A DNA stretch of 64,000 nucleotides. It comes from Paramecium tetraurelia (taxonomy: Eukaryota). The notes below the pieces were generated by a model. That model did not search any database. It was not told the origin of the DNA and saw only the letters and a program-made list of their open reading frames with translations. The stretch is from the NCBI GenBank assembly GCA_000165425.1, contig CT868668.1, forward strand, positions 1 to 64,000. The letters run 5' to 3'. The position numbers and the translations under genes were made by a program. The first letter of the stretch is position 1. Each line of letters starts with the position of its first letter. Shown in pieces: positions 1 to 12,531 of the stretch.

Positions 1-2003
1 TCAGTACAGCATAATTGGTTAATACCACAAAGAGCCATTTCATTAATTTCATAGCATTCTGATAACGCATAGCATTTTTAAGTTTATGAATTCTATCTAC
101 AAACACCATCAGCAGCAACAGTTAAATAGCAATTAGTGTAATCAGCGATAGATGAGCATTTTTGTTTGTTGTCTGCATAAGAGAGTTCTTTACAAAATTA
201 GCCATCAGTTTAAGTGCATCTTTGTGAATAGAGCAGACACGTATAGGAATTAGATCCAGGTAATTTGTCACAGGAAGTAAAAGGTAAACATTGCATAACA
301 TCTTGATATTAGATCCAATGGCAATTATAATTTTGAACACAAAGATTTCTAGATTTCAACATAGAACAATCTAACACTACACACTACGATTTTTCTGGAT
401 TCCATAGACAACTATCATAAGCAGTGGCACAATCTTTTTAGTAGATCAATTAATCACATGAACACCATTTGCGTTTATTAGGAATTATGACGGCAGCACA
501 TTAGGTACAGACTCCTACTTTCTAGTCTAGACTACTCCATCTATATTGTCCTTGACTAGATGTGTAACAAGATGAAAAATCTAATTGATATGGTTTTTCA
601 TCATCACAATAGCCCTCCTAAGAGTTCCAATAACAATATTTATAGGATGCATCATAATAATCAAAATAGTAGGTGCAATCAGAGGCAGATGTGAAATATG
701 AACAATTGATAGGGTAACAATAATACCCAGAATAATAACATGAATGCTTTAGTCTTAAGCAATCTTACATGCCAAAACTATAACACGAAGATGAATATTA
801 GCATTGGTTTTTACTGTAATTCCATAAACACTGCCCTTAACCAATTATTGCATTACCACAATTATATGCATTACCTTATTATTTACAGAATATTGAATTA
901 TCAATTGGAAGTGCAGTGCAATATTGTCCATTACTACTTGGACATTAAAATGATTATGAAATACACTAGAATTGATTGCTGCCTTTAATATCTGAGCATT
1001 TGGTGAAAGGAAAACAGCCTTTGCCAAAAAGATACATACAACCAGGTGATTAAGCGCACAATGACTATTAATCATTAAATAAATTGCATTCGCTGCTTAC
1101 ACACTTATTCGATTGCCATGTACAGATTTTGGCGGAGATACAATCCATTTAAGCTACCAATTATTCACATAAGCAGAGGTCTTACTTTTTAACAATTCTA
1201 AAAGTACATGGGAAACAGATGCCTTGTACTTATTATTTGTTTTCAGCTATCCAATGATATGTACCTATGGTATTAGAAAAGCAAGTTTCTTCAGTCAAAT
1301 TAGATGTATTTGATGCATTTCCACAAGTTTTTGAAAAGGCATTCCATGAACATAAATAATATTAATCCTGATTAAATACCGTTTAAACAAATTTACAATT
1401 GGATTCGGTTGTAATATCACTACAAGTCATTTGAACACATAATCCATTGTTATTGATATGGCAATATTGTCCTTATGAATATATTGATTCATATGGTTTA
1501 TAGTTATTGCACATATTTAAAGGAATTTATTGACAATTTTGGTAAAAACTACAGGCATTTTATGTTGTCCATTAGCACTTGCCTTCCTTACCCATTGTAC
1601 ATTATTCTTAAGTTTAGTATGTATTGCAATTAGGTAACTCATCAATTGTAGTGCAAAGTCCTATTGTTCCATAACACAATAAATTCTATTATTGACAAGT
1701 TAGACCCGGTTGCCCTTCTAATTAATTACATTTCACATCTGTCTTCGAAGATAGGCAATAATCCCCATTCCAAATACAATTTTTTACGAGAACACAATCT
1801 GCAGAGGTAAGGCCATAGCAATTTGTAGTTTTACATAATCCAACATTTTATTAATTCACTGACCAATAACAATAAGGATAAAGCAAATTGCATTCTGTAT
1901 CTACTGCAATTTAGGAACATTAACACTAATTTTTGAAAGATAGCACAACTTAGGATTTTGCCAACTGAAGTATAATCAGCAAGCCAATGATCTAGATTTT
2001 CAT
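1..2003 (-). CDS. Secreted Cys-rich multi-module surface protein (mini-antigen-like), >=3 modules, runs off the left edge
   Basis: ATG at 2003, MKIQIIGLLIILQLAKSQ signal peptide, then CQC. Modules end TYHW..GICFPC (~1260-1205) and RWSS..GVCTQC (~540-497); third module starts CSC (~465). Same frame reaches position 3 in ciliate code. Confidence 0.88.
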
Positions 2004-2382
2004 AATTATTATAATTATTATTAATATTAGAAAGAAGAATGGCCCGCATTAAACATCCTACCTTTTTATTGCGAATAAACTAAAGTATATCTCATTAATG
2101 AATCACAATTCCACATTATTATATAATTTATATACCTTTCTCTACTTTTCATTCCAAAGACGATTCAAATTCAAACTATTCTTTGATTAAAATACGCTTT
2201 CATTTATACCAATAGGTTGGCATATTCAAAATAAAAAGAAGTAGTGAATTTATAAAGAAAAAAAGCCTGAGTTGGCATTTTCTACATAATTCCATATCTT
2301 CAATACTCTACTACATTAAGAGCAAATTAAATGATTTATAAGGGATTCATAAGAATTTGAGGAAGATAAATAAAATAATTAG
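2004..2382. promoter_or_regulatory. Putative bidirectional promoter between the two divergent multi-module surface-protein genes
   Basis: 379-nt spacer between head-to-head ATGs; function inferred from position only. Confidence 0.45.
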
Positions 2383-5300
2383 ATGAAAATCTTTTGGGCA
2401 ATAATCGTCGTATTGCCAATAGTATTAAGTCAAACAATTGTTGTGTCTCCATCTACGACATGCACATGCCAATAATTTTTGAATTAAAGCGGATGTAACA
2501 ATAATACACTCGGATAATGCTAATGGAATCAAAAGAATTAGGTATGCCAACAAGCAAGTTGTGGAAATATATAATTATAAAGTGAGTGTTTAATATCTAA
2601 AATAAATTGTTATTGGAATGGTCAAAGTTGCGTTGACTTTATATCCTGTTCTAAATTAACTTCTAAGATTGGATTGATTTGCCCATAACAAAATGTCTCA
2701 TGTTATGGCTCAAATATTAATTAATGTTAAAGTATTTCATAATTACCAAAATGCTCAACTTATAAATTAGGAACTTGTGGTTAACAGGGAGGCTATGGTG
2801 GTTATGATGGATTGTGTGCTTGGAATAATACTCTTTAATAATGTGTTGTGGCTACTAGTTGCAGTTAATTATCAGATCAATAGGTTTGTAATACTTATAT
2901 CTAAAATGCCTGTATTTGGGATTATTAGAATTTAGTATGTACTTAAGCTACATGCGCATAGTTACCAACCCAATAAAGTTGTAAATTCGTTGTTGGCAAT
3001 TTGGATCCGTAACAAGTGTATCCATGTTTTTACAATGGTAATTAATGTTTGGATGCTTCGTTTGAATTGTTCTAGAATTAAGATTAATGCCAAACTAATA
3101 CTCTATTAAATTACAGATGGGTTGGAACTTAGACTTAAGGTATTTGTGTGAGTTGCGCTCAATAATTATTTGAACCTGCAAATAAATGTGCTTGTGAGCA
3201 ATTTATGCTCCAATCAGCTTGCAATTAATCATAATATTGTTAATGGAATTAAAATAGTTGTTAAGATATTCCATGCTCCAATATTACAAATTAATTATAA
3301 TGTAGTAACAATAAAAAATGTTTTTGGAGTTTATAACAACAAAATTGCTAGGTCTTTTATTCTTGCTACTAAATAACAGGATTAAATTCTTTGGCTTGTT
3401 TGGCTTAATCAATTAATTGTCCAAATTATTAGCAATAAAGTTGCAATTCCTCTTTTAACTCATGCAATTAAATTCCTTAATCATCCTGCGATGGATACGT
3501 TTCAAATTAGGGAGTTTGCTATTGGGAACAATCTACTTAGGCTTGCAAAAATTTGCAATCTTGCTCAAATATAGTTGATGAGAAGATATGCAATCAACTG
3601 ACAAGACTCTGCTAATATTCCGTATTACTCGCTAAGTGTTAACAACTAACTTGTTAGAATATTAAGTCTTAGAAATAATGTACTTTTGTGTTCAATTAAT
3701 TAAATGGTACAGATATACAGGTATGTGAATGGACAAACAATTCTTGTTCGAATGCTAAAAATATTTTAACTCTTAATGAGGCTCAGTGCAGTTATAATTC
3801 TTAGAATACTTATTTGTATACAGGATCTAAATGTGTAAAATGTATATAAGGATCTCTCATATTGCCTGAATAATGCACTTGCTCATAATTGTATTTGGCC
3901 CAAGATTGTTAGGCTAATCCACTATGTACTTGGAATGGTTCTTGTTAGTTGGCAAATTGTTTATCCATACCTAATCAAGACGTATGTGTTTAAAGCACTC
4001 ATTGCCAATGGACAGAATTTGGTTGTTCTGAATTTTAATCATGTATTTTATTAGTGGGATCGAATCCAAAAGAATGTATATCCCAATCAATCAACTGTCC
4101 TTATAGTGATGGGGCAAAATGCTAAAATAAATTCTACTATTCTCCATGCCAAAGTTACACTCAACCGGTATTTTGTACAAATTAATTGGGAACAGATGGT
4201 CTTTGTATTTGGAATGCCACAAGTGGCAGTTGTTAAGTCTTATCAAAATGCAACTAAATCTTAAAGTCTACTTATTGTGGGATCTATTAATACGTCTGCA
4301 ATTGGTCAAATGATTCCTGCAATTAATCGACTTGTAGCACTTATACAACTCCAGAATAATGTAAGTATTATTATCAATCTTTGAATTCATTTACTCCAAT
4401 AGGATGCAGATGGAATATAACTACTAGTACTTGTGAATAAGTAGGTTCGACTTTGACATCTTACAATAGTGCTAATTGTTATACAAATACTGCAAAAACA
4501 GCTAGATGGAGTTAAGCATCAAATCAAAAAGGTGTTTGTATCAGTTGTGGAGTCAAATATTTACCCAATCCTTTATAATGCAATTGTCAATAACTTATTT
4601 CATAATTGAATTGTGGTTAAAACTAATTATGCTATTGGGATCAAGTCTCAAAATCTTGTAAAGAATATGAATGTTCAGTGTTGGCCGAAAACCTATGCAT
4701 AACTAGCATGAAATGCTAGTGGTCTAACAAGGGTTGCATAACATTCACTTCATGTAGTCAAATCAAAGGAGAAACAATTGATGAATGCCTATCATATTCA
4801 TTATACTGTCCGTATAGTCCTGCATTAAAAAGTTGTTCAACTTTAAAAAACATGCCAAAATGCGAAGAACATAAAACATAAGGTGTTTGTAATTCAGTAA
4901 AACGTCAAGGAAAGGAAATCTGCTTCTGGAACTAACAATTTGATAAATGCACAGTATTAAAAAGTTGCTATGGATTATCTCAAATGGATTGTGCATATTA
5001 TTCATTGTATTGTGCATGGATAAGCACTCCTAACTATGGTTATTGTGAAGAGAGAAAATGCCTGAATTATAGCACTAAGTATTCTTGCACATATGTTCTG
5101 AGCATAACCGATGCAAATTTAGTATAACCTTGTCAATGGCTGAATGGAAATTGTCAACCATTAATTATCGCATAAGCCAAAGATGCTAACACTTGTTACG
5201 TTAATTCTAATGGTACTAGTCGCTGGACCTCAGATTCCCCAATTTCAGGATTTTGTGTGCCTTGCAATTTGCCATCATATGCTGTCCAGTATTAAAATAA

Positions 5301-6753
5301 GTGCTCCTGTTCATAAATACTTAATCAAAGTGAATGTCAGTACCCTTATTGTTCGTGGTCAAACAATTAATGTACTCAAAACTCTTGTTCAAAAATTTAT
5401 AATTCACTTGAGTGTTCTCAATAAAGATAATGCTATTGGAATCTCAATTAAAATTAATGTAATACCATATCAATATCTGTAAACTTCTGCACAACATTAA
5501 AAGGAAGTTCATCCTTGGAATGTTTTGCTTAAAGTATTAATTGTCCAGGCTCATTGTATGGAGTTTGCCAAGATAGTGCAAGTTTATAGACCTGTAGCAG
5601 TATAACCACTCAAGCGGCATGTGCCAACAGTATTGGATAAGAGGGTTATTGTACATATGATGATTAGGCATGTCACGTGATTTCTTCATGTCTAGCAATT
5701 AAAACTTATATCTATTGTGTTGCTATGTAAAAATTCTGCGTTTGGAATGAAGCAACCAATTAATGCTTTACCACTACATGTTCTAATATAACTGAAAAAT
5801 AAGAGTGCACATACATTTATGAAAGTTTGAATAGTTCTTCAATCTAATTATGCGAATGGAATTAGGCTACTAGTATTTGTCAAAATGCCTCATCACTCAC
5901 TTTGTCTAATAAAAACATAGAGAGTTGTCATATCGAAACTGGAGGCACTTATCATTGGTCTAATGCTCAACCTAACGGATATTGTATCTCATGTTCTTTG
6001 GATCTTATCAAATTGCCTAACACTTGTTCATGTGATTAATTAACTAGCATTGAATGCTTAACTGCAAAACCCAAATGCAAATTGGTTGATTCTACTAGTT
6101 GTGTAAATTCTTAATGCATAGATATCTTTGATTAAGGTAACTGCTCTACTCTGCCATATTGTATGTGGTATAACTAGACTTGCGTATAATTTACTTCCTG
6201 TTCCAGTCTTTCAGGAACAACTGCTTTGGATTGTCTGGCTTAATCTACAAATTGTCCAGCCATATCAAATGGCAGTTGCAAAGATAAAAAATCTTTAGGC
6301 TCTTGCAGTTCTTATCTAACAGCAAATGAGTGTACTTTGGGCATTCCGTCTTCTAATGGATTTTGCTACTGGAATAATAATGGATGTTAAGAGATGATTA
6401 ATTGTGATGCTATATCCTAAATAACACAATGCGATGCACTTTATAGAATATGTTCATGGAGTGCTGCATTTAATAAATGTGTTCCCTTCAAATGTCAAAA
6501 TTATAAGAACTAAGATTAATGCACATTTGTAGTTGTAAACTTCAAAGATTCCTATATTGAATTATGCTAATGGTAGAATAAGGTGTGCTAATAGTATACT
6601 GAAAAATACTATAGATTTGATGAGCAAACATGCTATTAAAATTCGGGACACACCTATAGGTGGGTTGAAGACGAGAAACGTGGATCAAGATGTTAAGAAT
6701 GTTATTCATTATTAATAACAATTACGATGGTAATCTATTTAATTGCATTTTGA
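2383..6753 (+). CDS. Secreted Cys-rich surface protein, 6 tandem ~235-aa modules, hydrophobic C-terminal tail (1456 aa, intronless)
   Basis: MKIFWAIIVVLPIVLSQ signal. CxC module starts at ~2461, 3187, 3874, 4579, 5302 and 6024, each module ending in CxxC, most preceded by (Y/H/A/S)(R/H)W. Ends CQECYSLLITITMVIYLIAF-TGA. 4371 nt is divisible by 3. Confidence 0.92.
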
Positions 6754-6851
6754 GATTAATATCTATATTATTATTATTATTAATATTATTAAAAGATTAG
6801 TTATAAAAAATATATAATAATGCTATATTAATATAGAATACTCAAAATTAT

Positions 6852-7981
6852 TCACAAGTCTGCATCATATGAATATTAAACCTCCACAGGTTGAACAAAT
6901 TTATCAATTCTTCTAACTCTGGACTCTTTTAATCCTTGGAGTTGGAAATCTTAGAAAAATTTGAATTCCTCCTTAATTTAAGCAAACAATTCATTTGCAT
7001 ACTTTTATGCTAATACAAATTTATTCCATTAGTTGCCAAGCAAAATCAACTAGTTTTCAGATTCTCTAAATAATATAGGAATTTACATTCATCAACCAAT
7101 AGTTTTACATCCAACTCTTATTTAGAACTTGTATTCTCCTTACTTTAAAATGCAAATGCTTTCTCCACTAAATACAATATTCTGATTATATTCGAACCCT
7201 TCAATCCCAATATTCTTTACTTGATATTGAAGTCTTTCTAAAACGCATCTACATCAATTTCAAAGATTGATATATATTTATAGTCTTTTTCCAAATTATC
7301 GAATAAATCTGGAGTCTTCCTAAAAATTTATGTATCTTACCTTCTGTATAGTCAATCCTTCTTCGGTCAGACTTCTATGATTGAATTAATAGATGTGATG
7401 AACTGAGGAATCCTCAAAACACAGTTGCACTTTAAGAGTATGGATCTGATTGGTTCCAAATCTACCAGGCAATTCAATTGGAGTGTTATTCAGTAGTTTG
7501 ACTGCAATCCAACATTCAACAATACTCCTCATTAATATATAGGCTATTTTATCCTTATTGATGACTTTAAGTATCTCGTATAATTGAATGATTAATTACT
7601 TATCCGAAATGCTAAAAGATTGTTTCAATATCAATTGTATCCACTGGATAATAACTTGGAGGATCTAAAGTTAATGCAACCAAAGGCAAATAATAGAACT
7701 CTTTTAAATCTTTGTTTATATTGTGTGCTTTAATAAGGAAATCATTCTATAAATTGGGATCAGAAACTAACTTCTCTATCTTATCTCTGCAATCTATATT
7801 TGAAGATAAAACTTCCTCAAATGTCATTTCTTGGTTTTAATTAATCTCATTACTAATCAATAACATAATACTTTTCATCTTATTGTCTATTCAGTTTCTT
7901 TAAGAATCTCTTCTCTCCATACAAGAAGGAAGCATCTAATCATGATCAAATTTAAATATTACCTAACATTTTTGGTAACAT
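6852..7981 (-). CDS. RRM + KH-domain RNA-binding protein (~336 aa, 5 introns)
   Basis: RRM-like IETIFQHFGQILKV..KIAYILM..AVKLLNNTP..TLKVQL. KH GxxG loop DFNIKQRILGLKGSNIIRI. Introns at 7936-7962, 7853-7871, 7575-7599, 7316-7340 and 7064-7086 leave 1011 nt, in frame. Start codon is not certain. Confidence 0.72.
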
Positions 7982-8531
7982 TCGAATTAATTTATATATT
8001 TTATAAATAAATACACAAAAAAATTACACCAGCTTTTGCTTCAAAGTTAGAGCAAATTAAATATTGCTCATCTTCTTAATTATATATCTATACTTTAAGC
8101 CAACATTTCCATTTAAAAATAAACTTCGTTAAGATCTTAGGATTATACTAGCACTATAATTATAACTGGTATAGATATATTATAAATAATCCAAATTATT
8201 TGATTGAAATTTGCTAGCATCTCTATTTTTAATTAGAAAATTATTATTATTTTTGTAAAAGTATTTACCAATTATCCATCTCTAAATGAGAATAACAATG
8301 CTTTTTTTTAATTTTTTTTCTAATTTTGATTATTCATTTTTAGATAATGCTACATGGTTTAGTCTATCAAACATAAGCACATTTAACTACTAAGTAATTT
8401 TAAGATCTTAATATTTTAAATGGATTCATGATGAACCAATTATTATTTTAGAGAATATGTAAAAAGCAATTATATTTAATTATCTGTGATTTATAAATAT
8501 ATATTGAAAGCTTTGCGATAGTGTTATAATT

Positions 8532-10416
8532 TCATTATTTGATTAAAGTATCTAAAACTTATTGAGCAGATGGTCTTTTTTATGGATTTTTATTGATCAT
8601 TTTTAGTATTAATTCTGCCTCAATAGGGTGATCCTTAAATAAATCAATAGGTAAGATAGAATCTTTGGTAAGAGCTGTTATCAATCTAAATTTAATGTTA
8701 ATTAATTACCTTGTTTTTTCATAATGAGTTTTTATCTTCCACATCATTTCAAATAATATTATTCCTAAAGGGTAGATGTCTGCTGCCTAACCATATAGAT
8801 CATCTTTGACTTCTGGAGCCATGTACATTGGAGTACCAACATTATTGGTGTATTCACCAGAATTAGAAGTGAGTTCATCATCTATTTTAATGATTAAAGA
8901 ATTGCAGAGTCCGAGATCTCCAATTTTGACTTCATTCTTTGAATTAATAAATATATTCTAAGGTCTAAAGTTTAAATTAAATAAGTTACTTTAAATCTCT
9001 ATGAATATATTGATTATTATGCATATATATGATTCCTTCCAATATTTAGATAAATATAGATTTAATTAGAAGATAATCTTTTTTTCTATCAACCTTATCA
9101 ATGAAATCTTTCAATGTATAATCACATAATTCCATCTAATTTATCAAAATAAAAAATTACTTCAATGTATAAGGTGAACAGTTAGAATTATTCATCTTTT
9201 AAATTTGGATTAAAGTGATACCTTCTCATTTTAGATTGAATCTAACTGCTGTAATCTGAGAAATGAAAACTCTGCACAGTTTTGGATTATTTAGTAATTG
9301 TTTAAATTTATTATTCATTTTCTGCATCATTTCCTCCAACAAATTAAACATAATCATTCATAGATGACATATCATCCATCAATTGAGGATAATATGAATT
9401 CTATGACTCATTTTATTTTGCCTATTATTGTTCAGCTACAATTTAATTTAATTTTGCAATATCTGCTATATTTTCATTCGTCAACTCCTAAATCCAACTA
9501 GTATAATATCTAACTATATTTTTGTGATTGATTTCTTAAAGTGATCCAACTTCTCTAAAGATTGGATGATCTCTTAAGGTTTTTTCATTTTTCACTTTAA
9601 AATAAATTCTTTTAACTGCATATTCTTTGAGATCTATAATTTTTTGACATTTGTAAACTTCTCCGAAAGTCCCTTTGCCTATAAGAAAGGGGGAAGTGTA
9701 CAATTTCTGGAACTTTCCATTTTCACAATATCTACTCCAATCTGTTAGGAGATTTAATATTCTTTCTGATTGTCCAAATGCATTTTCCTACTCTATCATG
9801 TGCACTCCTTTAGCATTTTTCTAATTTAAATCTACAAACTAAGAAGTAACAAATTATAAATGCTCATCACTAACTTTCATTTTCACAGTTTTTGTATCTG
9901 TCTATGTTATAAAAACATCCTCTTAATTTCTTTCCCACTCAACCACTTGTTCTTTGGTTTCAGATATTTAAAGTCCAACTAGTTTGAAATTGTTATCAGG
10001 CAAAGCAATCACATTATCCTCAGGTTCATTTTAAATGTATCTAGGTGAGGAATCCGTGCTGGATGTTTAGTCCTTCTTTTGCTTTTCATTTTGCTCAGTA
10101 CCAAGTCGAATCGAACTACATGTTTAGCATACACGTATTACTTTTATAATTCATCACTAGTTACGCTCTCTTTTCTAACATGTACAATTATTTTATTATT
10201 TTTCTTGCTAAATATCTTGTACATGAAGAAGAATGTCACGCAATACACAAGAACCATTAGTATTACGAATAATTCGAAATTATTCATAATTATTTATTTC
10301 CAGGTGTTCTACTGGGGCAAAACGAAAACTTCATGTTATTAAAACCAAGCATATTCTACAATCTAAGTTCCTGTCTTAATAACCTATTAGATTGAACTCG
10401 TTTGTCTCTTCATCAT
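8532..10416 (-). CDS. eIF2-alpha kinase (PEK family) with N-terminal transmembrane helix
   Basis: IGKGTFGEVY, EYAVKRI, HKNIVRYYTSWIQE followed by a kinase insert, HRDLK/PQNIF, KIGDLGL, VGTPMYMAPE. Hydrophobic FELFVILMVLVYCVTFFFMY. Tiny introns. Ends KRPSAQQVLDTLIKQ-TGA. Confidence 0.88.
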
Positions 10417-11825
10417 TATTTATAAATAATAATTATTTTTTAAATGGATGATAAAATAAAACCCTCATCAAAATTTTTATATATACCACATATATAATTA
10501 GAATATTAAATTTTGCAGAATTTAACATACCCTTATGTCCTAATACTCAATAATTTCTCATCTATTTGAATTTATAATAAGAAAATTTAATTGATAAATA
10601 TCTCAAAGTTAAAAAAATGCCATTAGTTATCAAAAAATCACCTTAAAGTGTATATATTTAGGAAAATAAGAATTTACCAAATAATTCTAAATTTTTCTTC
10701 TTAATTTTCCTAAAAACATTTAATTTTATTAGATAAAATAAATGCTTCTGTATAGTAGATTCTAGGCTTTAATTCTTAGAGAAGATTATTTTTAGTTCTT
10801 AATTCTAGAACTCAATAATGTATTGATTGTAAAAGCGGGGATTTAAATTTATATATTCTATTATTAAGGAGCGGGTTACACAATTTAAATAATAAGTATT
10901 TAGTAATCAAGATATAAACTTAATATTATCGTATGATCAATAATTAGGCTGCTTCTTATAAAAATGAAGCTGTTTATTAATATATTGTTAAAAATACTTT
11001 AATTATAAACTGAATTAATTGAAATGGTTTAATGTTCAAAGTATAAGTGAAACCATGAGTGGATGAGAATTTACATTATAAATTTAAATACATAATTATG
11101 TAAAAAATACTTTAATAAAAGATTAAATGCATAAATTGAAAATTCTTATTCAATAATGGTTTAAAGCATTGAGAATTTTTAAGGCTAAAATTATTTTTAA
11201 TAAAATTACTTAATCTCAATCAAGATTTAGAAAAAATATCCAAAAATCTTTACAATTTTTTTATCCTATAATTATTAATAGTTTAAATACCTCTAGTGAT
11301 ATTAAAGTTATCTTAAGAAATTTGAAGATTAAGAGTTTTAGAAATTCATTCTACATCAATTTTTGTTTATACTATGAACTCTTAAGTAATTATATGTTTT
11401 ACTTTTAAATATATCATAATAGTACATCTAATTACTTAAAATCAGAAGATTATGATATAGAAGAGTAAAATATAAGATGGACGGATTTAAATAAGTTTTT
11501 AATTCAATTCTATTCATGTTAGAATCCATAGATAAATAATAAGAACATTAGAATTAATTAGGAATGCCAATATAAAGAATGAGTGAAGAACGGACTTAAA
11601 AACTTATAATCTGTAACTTTACTTTAATTAAAAATACATAAATTTATGTTAAGTTAAATATTAGTTTAAAGATTTAATAATAATTCATTAACCAAAATGC
11701 AAATATCAATTTACATAATAGATATGGATACCAAGATGCAGTCATATTCAATGTTTGATATATATTAAATATAAAGTTTTCGATATATAATAAATAATTA
11801 GATAAATATATCTATTGAACATTCT

Positions 11826-12517
11826 TCAATCTTATAATACAAATTCATTATATAAGTTTTCCACATACTGGAATGTTTCATTAAGAATTTAAACATAAAT
11901 TTTGGATCCACTTAAAGACCATGAAACAGATGTTGGGATCTATTCAAGAAGTATGTGTTATTTAAAGATATTCCTCTCAAAAATACTGATAGAATTGTCA
12001 CTAACAGCTAACAATCGATCTGTAAAGCTGTAAGCTAATTATTAGACAGGCAAATTAACTCTGTGCACTAATTTGAAATTTTCATAAACTAAAATTAGAT
12101 GTAATAAATACAGTCTAAACAGTTTCCTCCTGCAGCGATAGTAGATTTGTTTTGAGCAAATGCAATTACTGAATATTTTTCCTAATTTAATGGTATTGGT
12201 TAATCCCAAGTATCCTACTTTTTAGTATGAATTAATGCTAATCCAGTTTGATCGACTGATGCAAAAGTGACATCATATGGTGCCCATGATATATGGATGA
12301 TTGGATGTTGATGGGATGAAAATGCGATAGCTTATTACCAATCATTGGGTTTTCTTTCAGTCCATAATTGAACAGTGTTTGTAATTCCAAGTGCAACAAT
12401 AACTTATTTATGAAATGACCAAGCATAGACTTTAGCATCAGGCAATTTAAACCTTTGATTTGACAAAGTATCAATTACTTGGCCATCTAATAGTACTTTT
12501 TACCCTATTAAATTCAT
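11826..12517 (-). CDS. Small WD40-repeat protein, Sec13/Seh1-like
   Basis: VQLWTERKPNDWQQ..SHQHPIIHISWAPY..FASVDQTG and PTSVSWSLSGSKI; one tiny intron near 12090-12112. Confidence 0.7.
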
Positions 12518-12531
12518 AATTTTAATTAATA

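Noticed and set aside
7982..8531. Open frame from ~8374 running in frame into the RRM-KH start, suggesting a kinase-RRM fusion
   Set aside because: The kinase has its own TGA at 8532-8534, and long TGA-free frames arise easily by chance in AT-rich DNA with one stop codon.
10617..11600. Coding-like plus-strand stretch
   Set aside because: All three frames are closed by TGA near 11048-11066 and no family was recognised. It may be a degraded gene, but no supportable model was found.
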